A stretch of DNA of 64,000 nucleotides from Calditrichota bacterium (GTDB lineage: Bacteria > Caldisericota > Caldisericia > UBA6126): the NCBI GenBank assembly GCA_036725105.1, contig DAIMET010000003.1, forward strand, positions 13,461-77,460. The letters run 5' to 3'. The position numbers were made by a program, and so were the translations under genes. Below the pieces are notes generated by a model. That model searched no databases, had not been told where the DNA came from, and saw nothing but the letters and a program-made list of their open reading frames with translations. Shown here in pieces: positions 18,229-28,271 of the stretch (within the stretch, counting starts at the first letter, position 1; the number at the start of each line of letters is the position of its first letter).

Positions 18229-21195
18229 TTAAAGAAATGAAAAATTGGAAGAATTTTTCTTCTTTTCTATAAAAAGATGCTGATGAAATGAATTTTTGAA
18301 ATCCTCCTGATGGGTAATAAGCATGATTTTTTGGAATTGATTCTGAATCTTCAAAATTGTGTACATGATTTGATTTTTACTGGATGGATCAAGAAACCCA
18401 AAGTCTTGATCGATGCATAAAAAATCAGTTTTTAATGATTGATTCTTATGCAAAATGTTGGAAAGAGCGAGACGAAATGAAACATGTAATGAAAATTGTT
18501 CTCCCTGACTTAAAAAAGGGAATTCTACAGGATTACCATAATTATAGATGAAGGTTCGAATTCCTTTTTCTTGATCAGATTGAGTGTCGAGGTGAATTTG
18601 TATGGAGAGTGAATCCTGCGATATACTCCGGAGAATTCGATTTACATCTCTTTCTATGAGAGGTAAAACACGGCAAAGAATGTATGCAGGAAGATTTTCT
18701 TGGGAAAATATTTGTTGGCAAAATGTAACTATTTCGGTTTGTATTTGAAGCTCGGTTAATTCTTTTACCGATTTGTCATATTCTTTTTGAACTTCGTACA
18801 TAATTTCCATGTCTCGTTCATGTCTTGCAATAGAAGAAATAATGATTTCTTTTTCTTTTTGATATTCCTCCAAAGACTTTTCAACTTCTTTTAAACGATC
18901 TTCTGCTTCTTCGAGATCATGTTTTTGATAAGGGATATTTTTTATTTTTTCAATCTGATCGTTAAGATCTATCTCAAGCTTTTCTAATTTTTGTTCAACT
19001 TCATTTAATTGGTTCAATATTCGATTTTTCTCGTTTAATTTTTCATCCATGATCTTTTTTTCTGTTTCAAAATACTTGAGCTGATTAATTTTGTTCTTAA
19101 TTGTTTCGTGTTCAGGAGCACTGTAGTGAATTGCAAAAAACTTGAGTTTCACGTCGTTGATTTTTTTCCATTGGTCGTTTGCATAATTTTTTGTTTCGAT
19201 GCGACGCTTTATATCAATAAGTTGTTTTGTGATGTGAGGTAATTTTTGGTCTGCTTCCAACGCACTTGATATCTGAAGTTGAAGGTCGCTTAAGGTATTT
19301 TCGAGTATGGATTGACTAGAAACAGCATACATGGCTTCCACATATTGCTTGTCGATTGTCTTAAACCGACTTTTCAGGTTGGTGATTTTGTAAAGCGTTT
19401 TGTTCATTTCTTCTTCAATTTTGGATTCTTGTAATTTGGCCCGATAGAGGTTTTCAGTCATCTTTCCTAGATTCGATTTGTAATCTTGGATGCGTAAAAA
19501 GAAGGCCTGCAATTCGTCTTCTTGGTCAAAATCTGAGGAGAGAACAAGAATTTCACTTTTCAGTGTTTCAATGTGATTAGAGATACGCTGAATAGTGTTT
19601 TTATTCTTTTCAAGAGTAGTTTCTCTCATTTCAAGATCTCTTCGATAGTTCAGTAGTATATCTGCTTCTTTCTCTTTGTTGAGTGGTGTACCACATAGGG
19701 GACAGCGATTTTCTGTAATCTTTGGAAGCTCAAGAAAGTGAATTTTTTCACGAAGACGGACAGCCATTTCGTAAAATTTTTCATTCTGTATCAAAAGATT
19801 GTGTTTTTTACTTTGTTCTATTTCGATGTTATTTTGAAGTAGCTTCAATTTTTCTTTGTTTTCATGAATGGTTTGGAGTTTTTTCTTTGTCGAAGTTTCT
19901 TTCTGAATAACCTGCTCGTATTCTGCTATCTGTTTAGCAATTGCATTACAGGTTTCAAGTATGTTCAATTTTTCCTGTTTGAGTGATCCAACATTTTCAT
20001 TTAAACTATCGACTTGATCTTGGATATCATGTTTTTCTTGTTCAATGGTGTTAATTTGATAGCGCTTTTTTTCCATCTCTTTCAGTTTTGACTGAATTTC
20101 ATGCATTTTAAGATTCAAATCCGGTAAAAGACTTTTCTTCTCAGAATACTCAATTTCTTTTTTCTCTAGTTCATTGCGCTGTGTTTTTAATTCCATTTCT
20201 TCTTGGTCAATATTGGTTTGAATATCCTTCATTTGAAGCTCTAGTCGCTGTCTTTGTTCTAAGTTTTCATTGAACACTTTGTTCCTTTGAATAAGATCAA
20301 GTAGTTGTTTATAACCATTCTCAATTTCATGCTGCAGTTGAATCGATTGCTGCAATTCATTAATCTTTTCCAGCAGGATGTTTCTCTCTTTATGATGGTC
20401 ATTTTGATAGTTTCGCAGTTGATGAATCTGATCCATAAGGTTCGACTTGCGCTCTAAAAGATTGTGGATCTGTAAAATTTTATTTTTTAAGGATTGAATG
20501 GCTTCGTTAGAATTTTGAATGTGTTCTTCAAGCTCTTTTTTTTGTAGAATCTCCTCGTCAATTTTTTTCTGGAAAACTTTCTTTTGGATTAGTTTATCTT
20601 TATTTTTTTGAATAAAATCTTCCAAAAGACTTTCTCTGATTTTATTTTGTGAATAGTCTTTTTGCGTTTGTTTGTAGGACTTATTATATGCATCGAGTCG
20701 TAAAAAATGCGATAACTTTTTATAACGATCACTTGGTGTATATTCTAAAAACTCCTTTTGTGTTGAAAAGGAAGAGCTCATTATAGTTGTCATAAGAAGG
20801 TTTTCGAGGCTTACATTTACAATTGAGTCAATAGTGCTTTGAGTATCATCTACTGTTGAATGTAGAATAGTCTTCCAATAGGATTTCCTTTTTTCTTTTA
20901 TCTCAACAGAGGGACTTGGAGATAGGACTCTCTTGATTTTCCACAGGCTAGAATTGTTTTGAAAAACACACTCTGTAAATGAATCCTCTTCACCAAAATG
21001 AACCAGAGAAGAGGAATTGCATTCCTGAGGATTTCTAGCAAAACCAAAGAGTGTAAACAACATGGCATCAACAATACTACTTTTCCCTGCACCATTGTTG
21101 CCAGTTATGATGATACTTCGAGTATTTGATAGATCGAGCTGATGGGTACCCTGATAGGATAAAAAGTTGTGAAGAGTGATCTCAATTGGAATCAT
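18229..21195 (-). CDS. sbcC: SbcC/Rad50-like coiled-coil ATPase with a variant Walker B (D-Q) and variant signature motif
   Basis: The N-terminus is MIPIEITLHNFLSYQG and Walker A is GNNGAGKSS. A coiled coil of about 700 aa carries a central CPLCG zinc hook. The C-terminal head has LSQGE (instead of LSGGE), FLCIDQDFGFLD (instead of hhhhDEGFG.LD) and the H-loop LITH. The start is set at 21195, since the ORF-track N-terminal extension is not Rad50-like. Confidence 0.85.
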   Translation of the reverse strand: MIPIEITLHNFLSYQGTHQLDLSNTRSIIITGNNGAGKSSIVDAMLFTLFGFARNPQECNSSSLVHFGEEDSFTECVFQNNSSLWKIKRVLSPSPSVEIKEKRKSYWKTILHSTVDDTQSTIDSIVNVSLENLLMTTIMSSSFSTQKEFLEYTPSDRYKKLSHFLRLDAYNKSYKQTQKDYSQNKIRESLLEDFIQKNKDKLIQKKVFQKKIDEEILQKKELEEHIQNSNEAIQSLKNKILQIHNLLERKSNLMDQIHQLRNYQNDHHKERNILLEKINELQQSIQLQHEIENGYKQLLDLIQRNKVFNENLEQRQRLELQMKDIQTNIDQEEMELKTQRNELEKKEIEYSEKKSLLPDLNLKMHEIQSKLKEMEKKRYQINTIEQEKHDIQDQVDSLNENVGSLKQEKLNILETCNAIAKQIAEYEQVIQKETSTKKKLQTIHENKEKLKLLQNNIEIEQSKKHNLLIQNEKFYEMAVRLREKIHFLELPKITENRCPLCGTPLNKEKEADILLNYRRDLEMRETTLEKNKNTIQRISNHIETLKSEILVLSSDFDQEDELQAFFLRIQDYKSNLGKMTENLYRAKLQESKIEEEMNKTLYKITNLKSRFKTIDKQYVEAMYAVSSQSILENTLSDLQLQISSALEADQKLPHITKQLIDIKRRIETKNYANDQWKKINDVKLKFFAIHYSAPEHETIKNKINQLKYFETEKKIMDEKLNEKNRILNQLNEVEQKLEKLEIDLNDQIEKIKNIPYQKHDLEEAEDRLKEVEKSLEEYQKEKEIIISSIARHERDMEIMYEVQKEYDKSVKELTELQIQTEIVTFCQQIFSQENLPAYILCRVLPLIERDVNRILRSISQDSLSIQIHLDTQSDQEKGIRTFIYNYGNPVEFPFLSQGEQFSLHVSFRLALSNILHKNQSLKTDFLCIDQDFGFLDPSSKNQIMYTILKIQNQFQKIMLITHQEDFKNSFHQHLFIEKKKNSSNFSFL

Positions 21196-22351
21196 GGATA
21201 CCTTTTTCTGAGAGATACTTCCAGCAAGCTTCGCGAATTTCACCTTGAAGTTCCTTTGGAAATTTGGATTGCTTTTCATCAAAAAAAGCATTCATGTAGT
21301 TATCAAGAGGTAATATTTCTTCATCTCCTACAAAGCAAAGGCGTTTACCTTGTTGTTCAATGCTATGGATATGGAAGCAATGATCTTCAAAGAGTTGATA
21401 AATTTGTTGAATAGAAAGTTTAGCATCTGTATGGAGTAATATTCTGGTGATGTGTTCTCGATAGTTGTTGAGTAAGAATTCTTCATTCAGCTTTTCAATA
21501 GTTTCTTTTTCAGAATTAGCATTAATACGTATCAAAGCAGTTTGTCGTTGATTTTCGTTGTGAATAAAAGCTGGTTTTGTATCGGCATGTAATGTATTAA
21601 AGACAACAAAACCTCTTTCAATTGATGAATCGGAAAACTCAAACTCTCCTAAAGTGCCTGGATAAGAGAACCAAGGACCACCTTCATGTAGACGTTCAAC
21701 TCTCTTATACGGTTGTCCTCCCAGTGCATAATAATGAAAGGGAAGATTTTTCAGATATTCCATATCAAGAATGGGTAGATCAGGCAGAAGGAAGAAAGGT
21801 TCTAGAGGCTCTATTTGTGCTTGCATGAATAGAATTGAGAAATAGTCATTTTGAATTTTGGGAATCAGCGTAGCGATATGCTTTTTTGCTGACTCTGCAA
21901 ATGATGAAGGATTTTCAGCTGTAGAGTGAAAAGTATTATATGGAATTGCAGCGATTTGAAGAGTTTCCTCCTCTTTTTTTATAAGAATGCAATCGTTTTT
22001 GCGAATGATATGGAGGTAGTTATTAGATATTGACTGCAGGGTTTGTAAAAAAGAGTGACCTTGGCACTCTTGATCATATTTACCCTCAAGAATAACAATA
22101 TGAATTTTAGATTGGATACAATCTCGCACACCGTCTGTTAATATTGATTGAAGATAATCACTGGGAAGAGATGAAAAGAAGAAATTTCCCGAAAACAAAA
22201 CTGCATCAACGGCATTAGTTTTTGCATATTGAGTTATGTAGGCCCAGTATCTTGCATAGTCATGTATTTGAGAAAAATGATACAAAGAGGATTCTCTTTT
22301 TCCCATGTTCTGGATTCCAAGAAAAAAATCTCCTGTTTGTAAAATTTTCAT
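21182..22351 (-). CDS. sbcD: SbcD/Mre11-like protein with degenerate metallophosphoesterase motifs
   Basis: Length, position upstream of sbcC and overall motif spacing match SbcD. The motifs read GDFFLG (in place of DxH), SGNFFF (GD), EGKYD (GNHD) and ALGGQP (GHxH). The ATG overlaps the minE stop as ATGA. Confidence 0.7.
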   Translation of the reverse strand: MKILQTGDFFLGIQNMGKRESSLYHFSQIHDYARYWAYITQYAKTNAVDAVLFSGNFFFSSLPSDYLQSILTDGVRDCIQSKIHIVILEGKYDQECQGHSFLQTLQSISNNYLHIIRKNDCILIKKEEETLQIAAIPYNTFHSTAENPSSFAESAKKHIATLIPKIQNDYFSILFMQAQIEPLEPFFLLPDLPILDMEYLKNLPFHYYALGGQPYKRVERLHEGGPWFSYPGTLGEFEFSDSSIERGFVVFNTLHADTKPAFIHNENQRQTALIRINANSEKETIEKLNEEFLLNNYREHITRILLHTDAKLSIQQIYQLFEDHCFHIHSIEQQGKRLCFVGDEEILPLDNYMNAFFDEKQSKFPKELQGEIREACWKYLSEKGIHDSN

Positions 22352-22581
22352 TGATCTTTTTCTAACTCGCTTCTTTTGATAGGCATATCAGCGATTAACT
22401 CGTAAGCAGTTTGATATTGAGTGCGGGTAATTCGAATATGTAGCTTTCTTTTGTCAATGGGAAAGTATTGACTGAGAACAGCTGCTAATTTTTTCCGTAA
22501 GTCTCGTTCACTTTTTGGAGAAAGAACTTTACGATCTTCGTCTAAAATTCGTTTTAAACGATCTGTTAATTTTGACGCCAT
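22348..22581 (-). CDS. minE: Cell division topological specificity factor MinE
   Basis: A 77-aa protein immediately downstream of minD. The central DLRKKLAAVLSQYFPIDKRKLHIRI matches the MinE pattern. Confidence 0.8.
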   Translation of the reverse strand: MASKLTDRLKRILDEDRKVLSPKSERDLRKKLAAVLSQYFPIDKRKLHIRITRTQYQTAYELIADMPIKRSELEKDQ

Positions 22582-22590
22582 ACGATCTCC

Positions 22591-23388
22591 TTATGATGCA
22601 TTGTTTTTCATTTTCTCCCAGATAGATTTTGATGCAGGTGCTTTCTCTTGTATGGATTTCTTTTTGTCAATCAGCTTTTCAGCAATAAGTTTAATATCGT
22701 TTGTAACTGTGAAACTACTTTGATACACAAAAGGTACACCCGAATTGTTTTGACGTAATACTCTTTCATCCTCTGAAATAACTCCTAGACAGGGAACATT
22801 CAAAAGATTGATTATGTCTGGTGCGGTTATGTAATAACTTCGACGACTCAACTCTTTGCGATACCGATTAATGATGAGAAAGATGTCCTTTTTAATACGG
22901 TGGTTTTCAAGTAATGCTAAAACTCTATCTGCGTCGCGAATCGAAGATATTTCTGGATTTACAACAACAATCGCTTTTTTTGCAAAGAAGATCGATTTGT
23001 TAAATCCTTCCTCAATACCAGCAGGTGAATCTATAATGATATAGTCAAACATGGTTTCTAAATCGGTCAGTACCTGATGAAATTTAAATAGGTTGACATC
23101 TTTTTTTAAATCACTTTGTGAAGCAGCGATTAGAGCTAGATAATTATGTGTTCTTTTATCGTAGACTAGAGCTTCTTCTAGTGAACTTAGGCCTTTGGTT
23201 AAATCAACAATGTTAGATTTTACTCTTCGCTCCAGACCGATAATCATGTCTAGGTTGCGTAAGCCAATATCCATATCAATAACAACAACACTTCTTTTGT
23301 GAAGTGCTATGCTTGTTCCAATATTTGCAACTAAAGTTGACTTTCCTACACCACCCTTACCGGATGTGAAAACAATAATCTGGGCCAT
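22591..23388 (-). CDS. minD: Septum site-determining ATPase MinD
   Basis: The deviant Walker A SGKGGVGKST, DMDIGLRNLD and a C-terminal amphipathic tail are present. Confidence 0.95.
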   Translation of the reverse strand: MAQIIVFTSGKGGVGKSTLVANIGTSIALHKRSVVVIDMDIGLRNLDMIIGLERRVKSNIVDLTKGLSSLEEALVYDKRTHNYLALIAASQSDLKKDVNLFKFHQVLTDLETMFDYIIIDSPAGIEEGFNKSIFFAKKAIVVVNPEISSIRDADRVLALLENHRIKKDIFLIINRYRKELSRRSYYITAPDIINLLNVPCLGVISEDERVLRQNNSGVPFVYQSSFTVTNDIKLIAEKLIDKKKSIQEKAPASKSIWEKMKNNAS

Positions 23389-23389
23389 A

Positions 23390-24103
23390 TTAATTCTGTG
23401 TCATTTTAACGATACTGACTTCTCCTTCATTGAAATAAATATAGACAGGAATAGAAACTTCATTAAGTGAGGAGATTGAACCATCCAGAGTTTTATCGGC
23501 AGCATAAACGCGCATAGCTTTCATTCCTTGGCAGGCAAGAAGAGCTTGCTTGCATCCAGGCTTATTTCCAAAACCAACTTCTCCTTTAATGGATCCAAAA
23601 ACATAGAGTGATTTTCCCGCAAAGACCTTAGCACCGGAGTGAACGTCACCAAAAATCACAATATTGCCCGGTGATTGTACAACTACTCCAGCCCTAACAG
23701 CTTTTCCAATTACAAGAAATTCATTTAGATCCACTGATTCTTCCGAAGAAGCAGGGACGGTAGTTGGTATATCATATTGATTTGATGAAGGTGTAGTTGG
23801 GGAAACAGATGCTGGATTTTGAGATTCAGATGGATTTTCTCGATAGGTAAAAACTTGTTTTTTCATCAAGTAATGGAACATTGTGCGAACCATTCCACCT
23901 TCATCGTCAGTTAGTTCTCGTTCAAAACCTGTTGCGTATAAATCAACACTTGAACCAAAAAAATCTTGTTTCTTTTTATATATGGAAGCAGCTTTGCGGA
24001 TGACTCGATCAAATTCATAGTCTTTGAGCATCAAGGACATTAGGATTCCTTCTGAAAATCCTTTAAAACTTACAACTGAGTCTGGTGTTCTTTTTGAGGG
24101 CAA
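23390..24103 (-). CDS. minC: Septum site-determining protein MinC
   Basis: The C-terminal beta-helix pattern is present (VRAGVVVQSPGNIVIFGDVHSGAKVFAGKSLYVFGSIKGEV). Its position upstream of minD fits. Confidence 0.85.
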   Translation of the reverse strand: MPSKRTPDSVVSFKGFSEGILMSLMLKDYEFDRVIRKAASIYKKKQDFFGSSVDLYATGFERELTDDEGGMVRTMFHYLMKKQVFTYRENPSESQNPASVSPTTPSSNQYDIPTTVPASSEESVDLNEFLVIGKAVRAGVVVQSPGNIVIFGDVHSGAKVFAGKSLYVFGSIKGEVGFGNKPGCKQALLACQGMKAMRVYAADKTLDGSISSLNEVSIPVYIYFNEGEVSIVKMTQN

Positions 24104-24118
24104 TTATTTCACCTCCGC

Positions 24119-25918
24119 TTAGTAAAGTTCATCATAGTATAGTATAAAATCTTTCAAGTAAGGTGCTAGTTCACTAGCATATTCAAATGAAGAATTTTCA
24201 AACATAATGAAAGCGACACAGGATGGTTTTTCGTAAGGAAACATGGCACCCATCCAAAGATGTTGCTGGGTTTCTCTTTGACCTTCCACAAGGGCAGTAC
24301 CTGTTTTTGCAGCAATGTGTAATGACGGTATGTTAAGTCCAGTTGCTGTACCAGGATAAACTGTTGTTTTATAAAGCCCTTCTAAGACAAGTTTATAATA
24401 TTCTTCAGAAATGTTAAAGGTAGTGGACTGATGTTTAAATTGAGGGTGAAGATCAATAAAAGTTTTCTCGGTGGAGGTTTTTTTTAGCAAATGTGGAGTA
24501 ATATTGGAGTCTCGAGCGGCGATAATACCATATAGTTTTGTCATTTGAAGAGGTGTTACAGAAAGAAAACCTTGCCCAATTCCTAAATTCATTGAATCAC
24601 CACGATACCAAGGAACTCCTTTGAATTTTTCTTTCCACTCAGGAGTACCCAGAAACCCGCTTTCTTCATATGTTAGATCAATACCAGTTTTTCGTGAAAT
24701 CCCCCCATACTGCACTGCAAAATCAACAAAGCCTTCAATGTTAAAGCGATCAGCTAACTTATAAAAAAATACATCGCATGACACCTGAATCGCTTCAATA
24801 AGCTTTATGTATCCATGAGAAGATGGATATACCCAACATCGATACTTATCTTTTTGACCTGGAATATCTAATGATCCTTCACAAAGAATGTTTTCCTGTT
24901 GCGTGATCAGAGATTCCTTTAATCCATAGAGTGCAATTAGTGGTTTAAACGTAGAGCCCGGGGGATACTGCCCCATAGAGGCGATATTGAAGAAAGCACG
25001 ATTTTCAATCCATTGATTCCATTTTTCGACGGGTCTCGGGCCAGAGAAAAAATTCGGATCGAAACCAGGGTTTGATACAAAAGTAAGGATTTCTCCGGAA
25101 GGAATATTCATCAGCAGTAAGCAACCACGGTGGTCCGAAAGGATTTCTTCAGCCTTTTTTTGTAAACGAATATCTACGGTGAGATATACATCATCTCCCT
25201 TGATAATATCCTTTTCTGTTGTTTCTTTTTGAATAGAACCAAAAACATTGATGGTTTGGTGTACGATACCTGGATGGCCATGGAGAATGTCTTCATAATA
25301 TCTCTCTATACCAGTTTGACCTATTCGTTCATTTGGCTTGAAACGAACAAAAGCAGGATTCTGTAAATCATCCTTTGTAATCATTCCAGTATATCCTAAT
25401 ACGTGACATAGTGAAGAATTATGTGGATAGTATCGCTTAAAACCTTCTTTCATGAAGATCCCTTTTAACTTGTATTTGTTTTCCTCAATGCGTGTTTTTT
25501 CTTCATAGGTAAGATTTTCTTTTAAAAGAACTTCCGAATAAGAATACTGCTCTTCAATTGTGGTCACTGTTGTTTCTTGTGGTAAACCAATGTACTGCTC
25601 TAAAAGAGAAGCAACATGTTTTATATCAGGGATTTCATTCGGGGATGCGTATAAATGAAAAGTTGGAACATCTTTAGCTACTACGATACCGTTGCGATCA
25701 TATATATTTCCCCTTGGACTTTCTTGGGTAAGAGTTCTACTATAGTTGTTAATTGCCATATTTTTATACTTTTCTTGGTGGAAAGCCTGCATTTGGAAAA
25801 TCCGAACGAGCAAGAAAACAAAACTTACTACGATCAAAAAAGAAAAGAGAATCATTTTAAAGGGATGAATATCTTTGTCGACCAAACCTTGCAGGATATT
25901 GTGAGGGTGATATTTCAT
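24119..25918 (-). CDS. mrdA: Penicillin-binding protein 2 (elongation-specific transpeptidase)
   Basis: An N-terminal TM segment and a PBP dimerisation region are present. SxxK is STFKP and KTG is KTGTA. The gene follows mreD. Confidence 0.92.
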   Translation of the reverse strand: MKYHPHNILQGLVDKDIHPFKMILFSFLIVVSFVFLLVRIFQMQAFHQEKYKNMAINNYSRTLTQESPRGNIYDRNGIVVAKDVPTFHLYASPNEIPDIKHVASLLEQYIGLPQETTVTTIEEQYSYSEVLLKENLTYEEKTRIEENKYKLKGIFMKEGFKRYYPHNSSLCHVLGYTGMITKDDLQNPAFVRFKPNERIGQTGIERYYEDILHGHPGIVHQTINVFGSIQKETTEKDIIKGDDVYLTVDIRLQKKAEEILSDHRGCLLLMNIPSGEILTFVSNPGFDPNFFSGPRPVEKWNQWIENRAFFNIASMGQYPPGSTFKPLIALYGLKESLITQQENILCEGSLDIPGQKDKYRCWVYPSSHGYIKLIEAIQVSCDVFFYKLADRFNIEGFVDFAVQYGGISRKTGIDLTYEESGFLGTPEWKEKFKGVPWYRGDSMNLGIGQGFLSVTPLQMTKLYGIIAARDSNITPHLLKKTSTEKTFIDLHPQFKHQSTTFNISEEYYKLVLEGLYKTTVYPGTATGLNIPSLHIAAKTGTALVEGQRETQQHLWMGAMFPYEKPSCVAFIMFENSSFEYASELAPYLKDFILYYDELY

Positions 25919-26391
25919 GAGGGAATTTTTCTTTTTTCAAAGTGAGTATTCATTTTTTTCTGCAGATACAGCAAAATAGGATAGGGTATCATCAGAGCAA
26001 CGAGGATTTGAAGTAGAAAAGAAGCCCATATTGATAAAGAAACAAATTGTGACATAAACAGCAGGTAGAATGGAAATAAAAGAAGAATTTCTGCTTGAAA
26101 CAAGACCAGCGAGGAAATTTGAAAAACCTTTTGGGATATATAGTAAAAGAGGATCATAAAACCATATGCAATAGCAACTGGAAGAATGAGTGTATGAGGG
26201 ACGTAGCTTAGTTTTAAGAGAAGTAATGGAACAGACAGAGCAAGAGAAGTATTTTCAAAAAGAGCAATTCCACCAATGACTACAACAATAGAGATGTCAA
26301 TCCAATAGGTGGCTGGAAAAAATGAAGGAAAAAAAAACAAATCAAGAATGATTGCAACAAGTTGAAGGATAAAAAAGGTAAACCACGTCAT
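25915..26391 (-). CDS. mreD: Rod shape-determining protein MreD
   Basis: A 158-aa polytopic membrane protein between mreC and pbp2, with 4-nt overlaps on both sides. Confidence 0.8.
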   Translation of the reverse strand: MTWFTFFILQLVAIILDLFFFPSFFPATYWIDISIVVVIGGIALFENTSLALSVPLLLLKLSYVPHTLILPVAIAYGFMILFYYISQKVFQISSLVLFQAEILLLFPFYLLFMSQFVSLSIWASFLLQILVALMIPYPILLYLQKKMNTHFEKRKIPS

Positions 26392-27209
26392 TGAAATACA
26401 AATACTTCAGTCAAGGTTGAAATATTAAAAGATGGTTGAACAATTGCTATGGAATGAATTGAAGAAGAAGACTCAATTGAATCAACAACTCCAAGAATAA
26501 GGTTATTCGGTAGTGAAGAGTAACTGCTTACAACAACAACATCGTTTTCCTTGAAATCTTGCTCTTGATAAAACTTTACAAACAAAAAGTCTCCTTGCTT
26601 GTCATATGCTAACGTACCGTTAATATTGTTTCGAAGATTTCGGATGCTGATAAAGGATGATTCGTCATATATTGATAAAACATCAGATTCCAAAACGCCG
26701 ACGCGAGAAATTCTTCCGACTAATTGAAAATGAGTCTTTGCTGTTCCTGTAGAAATTGGACTTACTACAGCAGCATTATCGGATACTTTCAAGTTTGTTC
26801 CAGCATTGAGAGTAAAATTCATGGGGTTGGTAGCATCCCGTATCAAAATTGAGCAAGGCAATAGGTTGCTATATTGCTGTTGAATCCTGAAAAAAGAGAG
26901 AAGACGTTGATTTTCTTCTTTTACTTGTTCCAAGACGGTAATCTGAGCAAGAAGTCTTTGGTTTTCATCTTTAAGAGAGTTAACTTTTTCATTAAGTGAT
27001 GGGTATTGTCCAATATTTTTGAAAAATCTTTGTACAGAATGTGAGCTCTTTGAAACAACATTTCCTATTGGTGCAAGAACAGACCGACTGACCGTAAGTG
27101 AGATAGTAGAAAACCGAGAGGTATTGTAGATAGACCAAAAAACAATGAGTACAACAGATAACAGGATGGTAAAGACAAAAATGGACCAACCTTTTTTGGG
27201 AGTTATCAT
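26388..27209 (-). CDS. mreC: Rod shape-determining protein MreC
   Basis: An N-terminal TM segment, a coiled coil (LKDENQRLLAQITVLEQVKEENQRL) and a beta-rich C-terminal domain are present. It lies downstream of mreB. Confidence 0.88.
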   Translation of the reverse strand: MITPKKGWSIFVFTILLSVVLIVFWSIYNTSRFSTISLTVSRSVLAPIGNVVSKSSHSVQRFFKNIGQYPSLNEKVNSLKDENQRLLAQITVLEQVKEENQRLLSFFRIQQQYSNLLPCSILIRDATNPMNFTLNAGTNLKVSDNAAVVSPISTGTAKTHFQLVGRISRVGVLESDVLSIYDESSFISIRNLRNNINGTLAYDKQGDFLFVKFYQEQDFKENDVVVVSSYSSLPNNLILGVVDSIESSSSIHSIAIVQPSFNISTLTEVFVFQ

Positions 27210-27212
27210 GAT

Positions 27213-28250
27213 TTACCGATAATACTTCACTTTTAGGAGTAATGGCAAGAGCTTTTCAAGATTTTCAACTATCTTTCCAGCTCCAAGAGCTACGCAGAGA
27301 ACAGGATTTTCGGCATTTGAAACCAAAATACCCGTGCCTTCTGAAATATATCGCGCCATACCTCGAATGAGAGAGCCACCACCTGCAAGAAAAATACCTC
27401 TATCTATGATGTCGGCTGCTAAGTCAGGGGGAGTTATTTCTAATGTGGCCTTTAATGCTTCCATGATACTAATCAACACATCGTTTAGAGCAATTCTCGT
27501 TTCTTCTGATGTTATGGTAACGGTTCTGGGAAGTCCTGTAATCAGATCCCGTCCTTTAATTTCAGCTGATGCAATGTCGTCTGATGGATAAGCCGTCCCA
27601 ATCTCGATTTTTATCTCTTCGGCAGTGTAAATGCCTACAAGAAGATTATACTGCCGTTTTAAGTATTGGAGAATAGCTTCGTTCATTTCATCACCGGCGA
27701 TGCGAATAGAGTTCTTGGCTACAATACCATTTAGTGATACAACAGCAACTTCACAAGTACCACCACCAATATCTACAATCATATTGCCCGTGGGTTCATT
27801 TACAGGTAAATTAGCTCCTAGCGCTGCTGCCATAGGCTCTTGAACAAGACCTACATATTTCGCACCTGCTTGATATCCAGCTTCAATAACTGCTCGCATT
27901 TCTACTTCCGTGATACCAGAAGGAATTCCAATAACAAGTCTAGGACGAAGTCTTCCTAAAAGACCCTTGCGTGCACCAACTTTTTGAATTAGATATTCAA
28001 TGAGCTTTTGGGTTACTTCAAAATTAGCAATAACTCCATCTTTTAATGGACGAATGATTTGTATGGCTTCGGGAACTCTTCCTGCCATGCGTTTCGCTTC
28101 ATTACCGATGGCAATGATTTGCCCATTTTCTCTTTGGACTGCTACAATAGAGGGTTCACGTAGCATAATTCCTTTACCAGCAATATAGACAAGTGTATTT
28201 GCAGTTCCTAAATCAATTGCAATATCTTTACTAAAATGACCAAATCTCAT
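27213..28250 (-). CDS. mreB: Rod shape-determining actin homologue MreB
   Basis: DIAIDLGTANTLVY, VDIGGGTCEVAVVSL and GIFLAGGGSL are the actin-fold phosphate and adenosine motifs. Confidence 0.97.
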   Translation of the reverse strand: MRFGHFSKDIAIDLGTANTLVYIAGKGIMLREPSIVAVQRENGQIIAIGNEAKRMAGRVPEAIQIIRPLKDGVIANFEVTQKLIEYLIQKVGARKGLLGRLRPRLVIGIPSGITEVEMRAVIEAGYQAGAKYVGLVQEPMAAALGANLPVNEPTGNMIVDIGGGTCEVAVVSLNGIVAKNSIRIAGDEMNEAILQYLKRQYNLLVGIYTAEEIKIEIGTAYPSDDIASAEIKGRDLITGLPRTVTITSEETRIALNDVLISIMEALKATLEITPPDLAADIIDRGIFLAGGGSLIRGMARYISEGTGILVSNAENPVLCVALGAGKIVENLEKLLPLLLKVKYYR

Positions 28251-28271
28251 GATTCACTCCAATTCATTAAT

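Noticed and set aside
21196-21291. 32-codon N-terminal extension of the sbcC-like ORF in the ORF track
   Set aside because: Rad50/SbcC proteins begin directly with the M-x-I-x-x-L-x-L-x-N-F strand, here at 21195. The extension would overlap sbcD by 110 nt.
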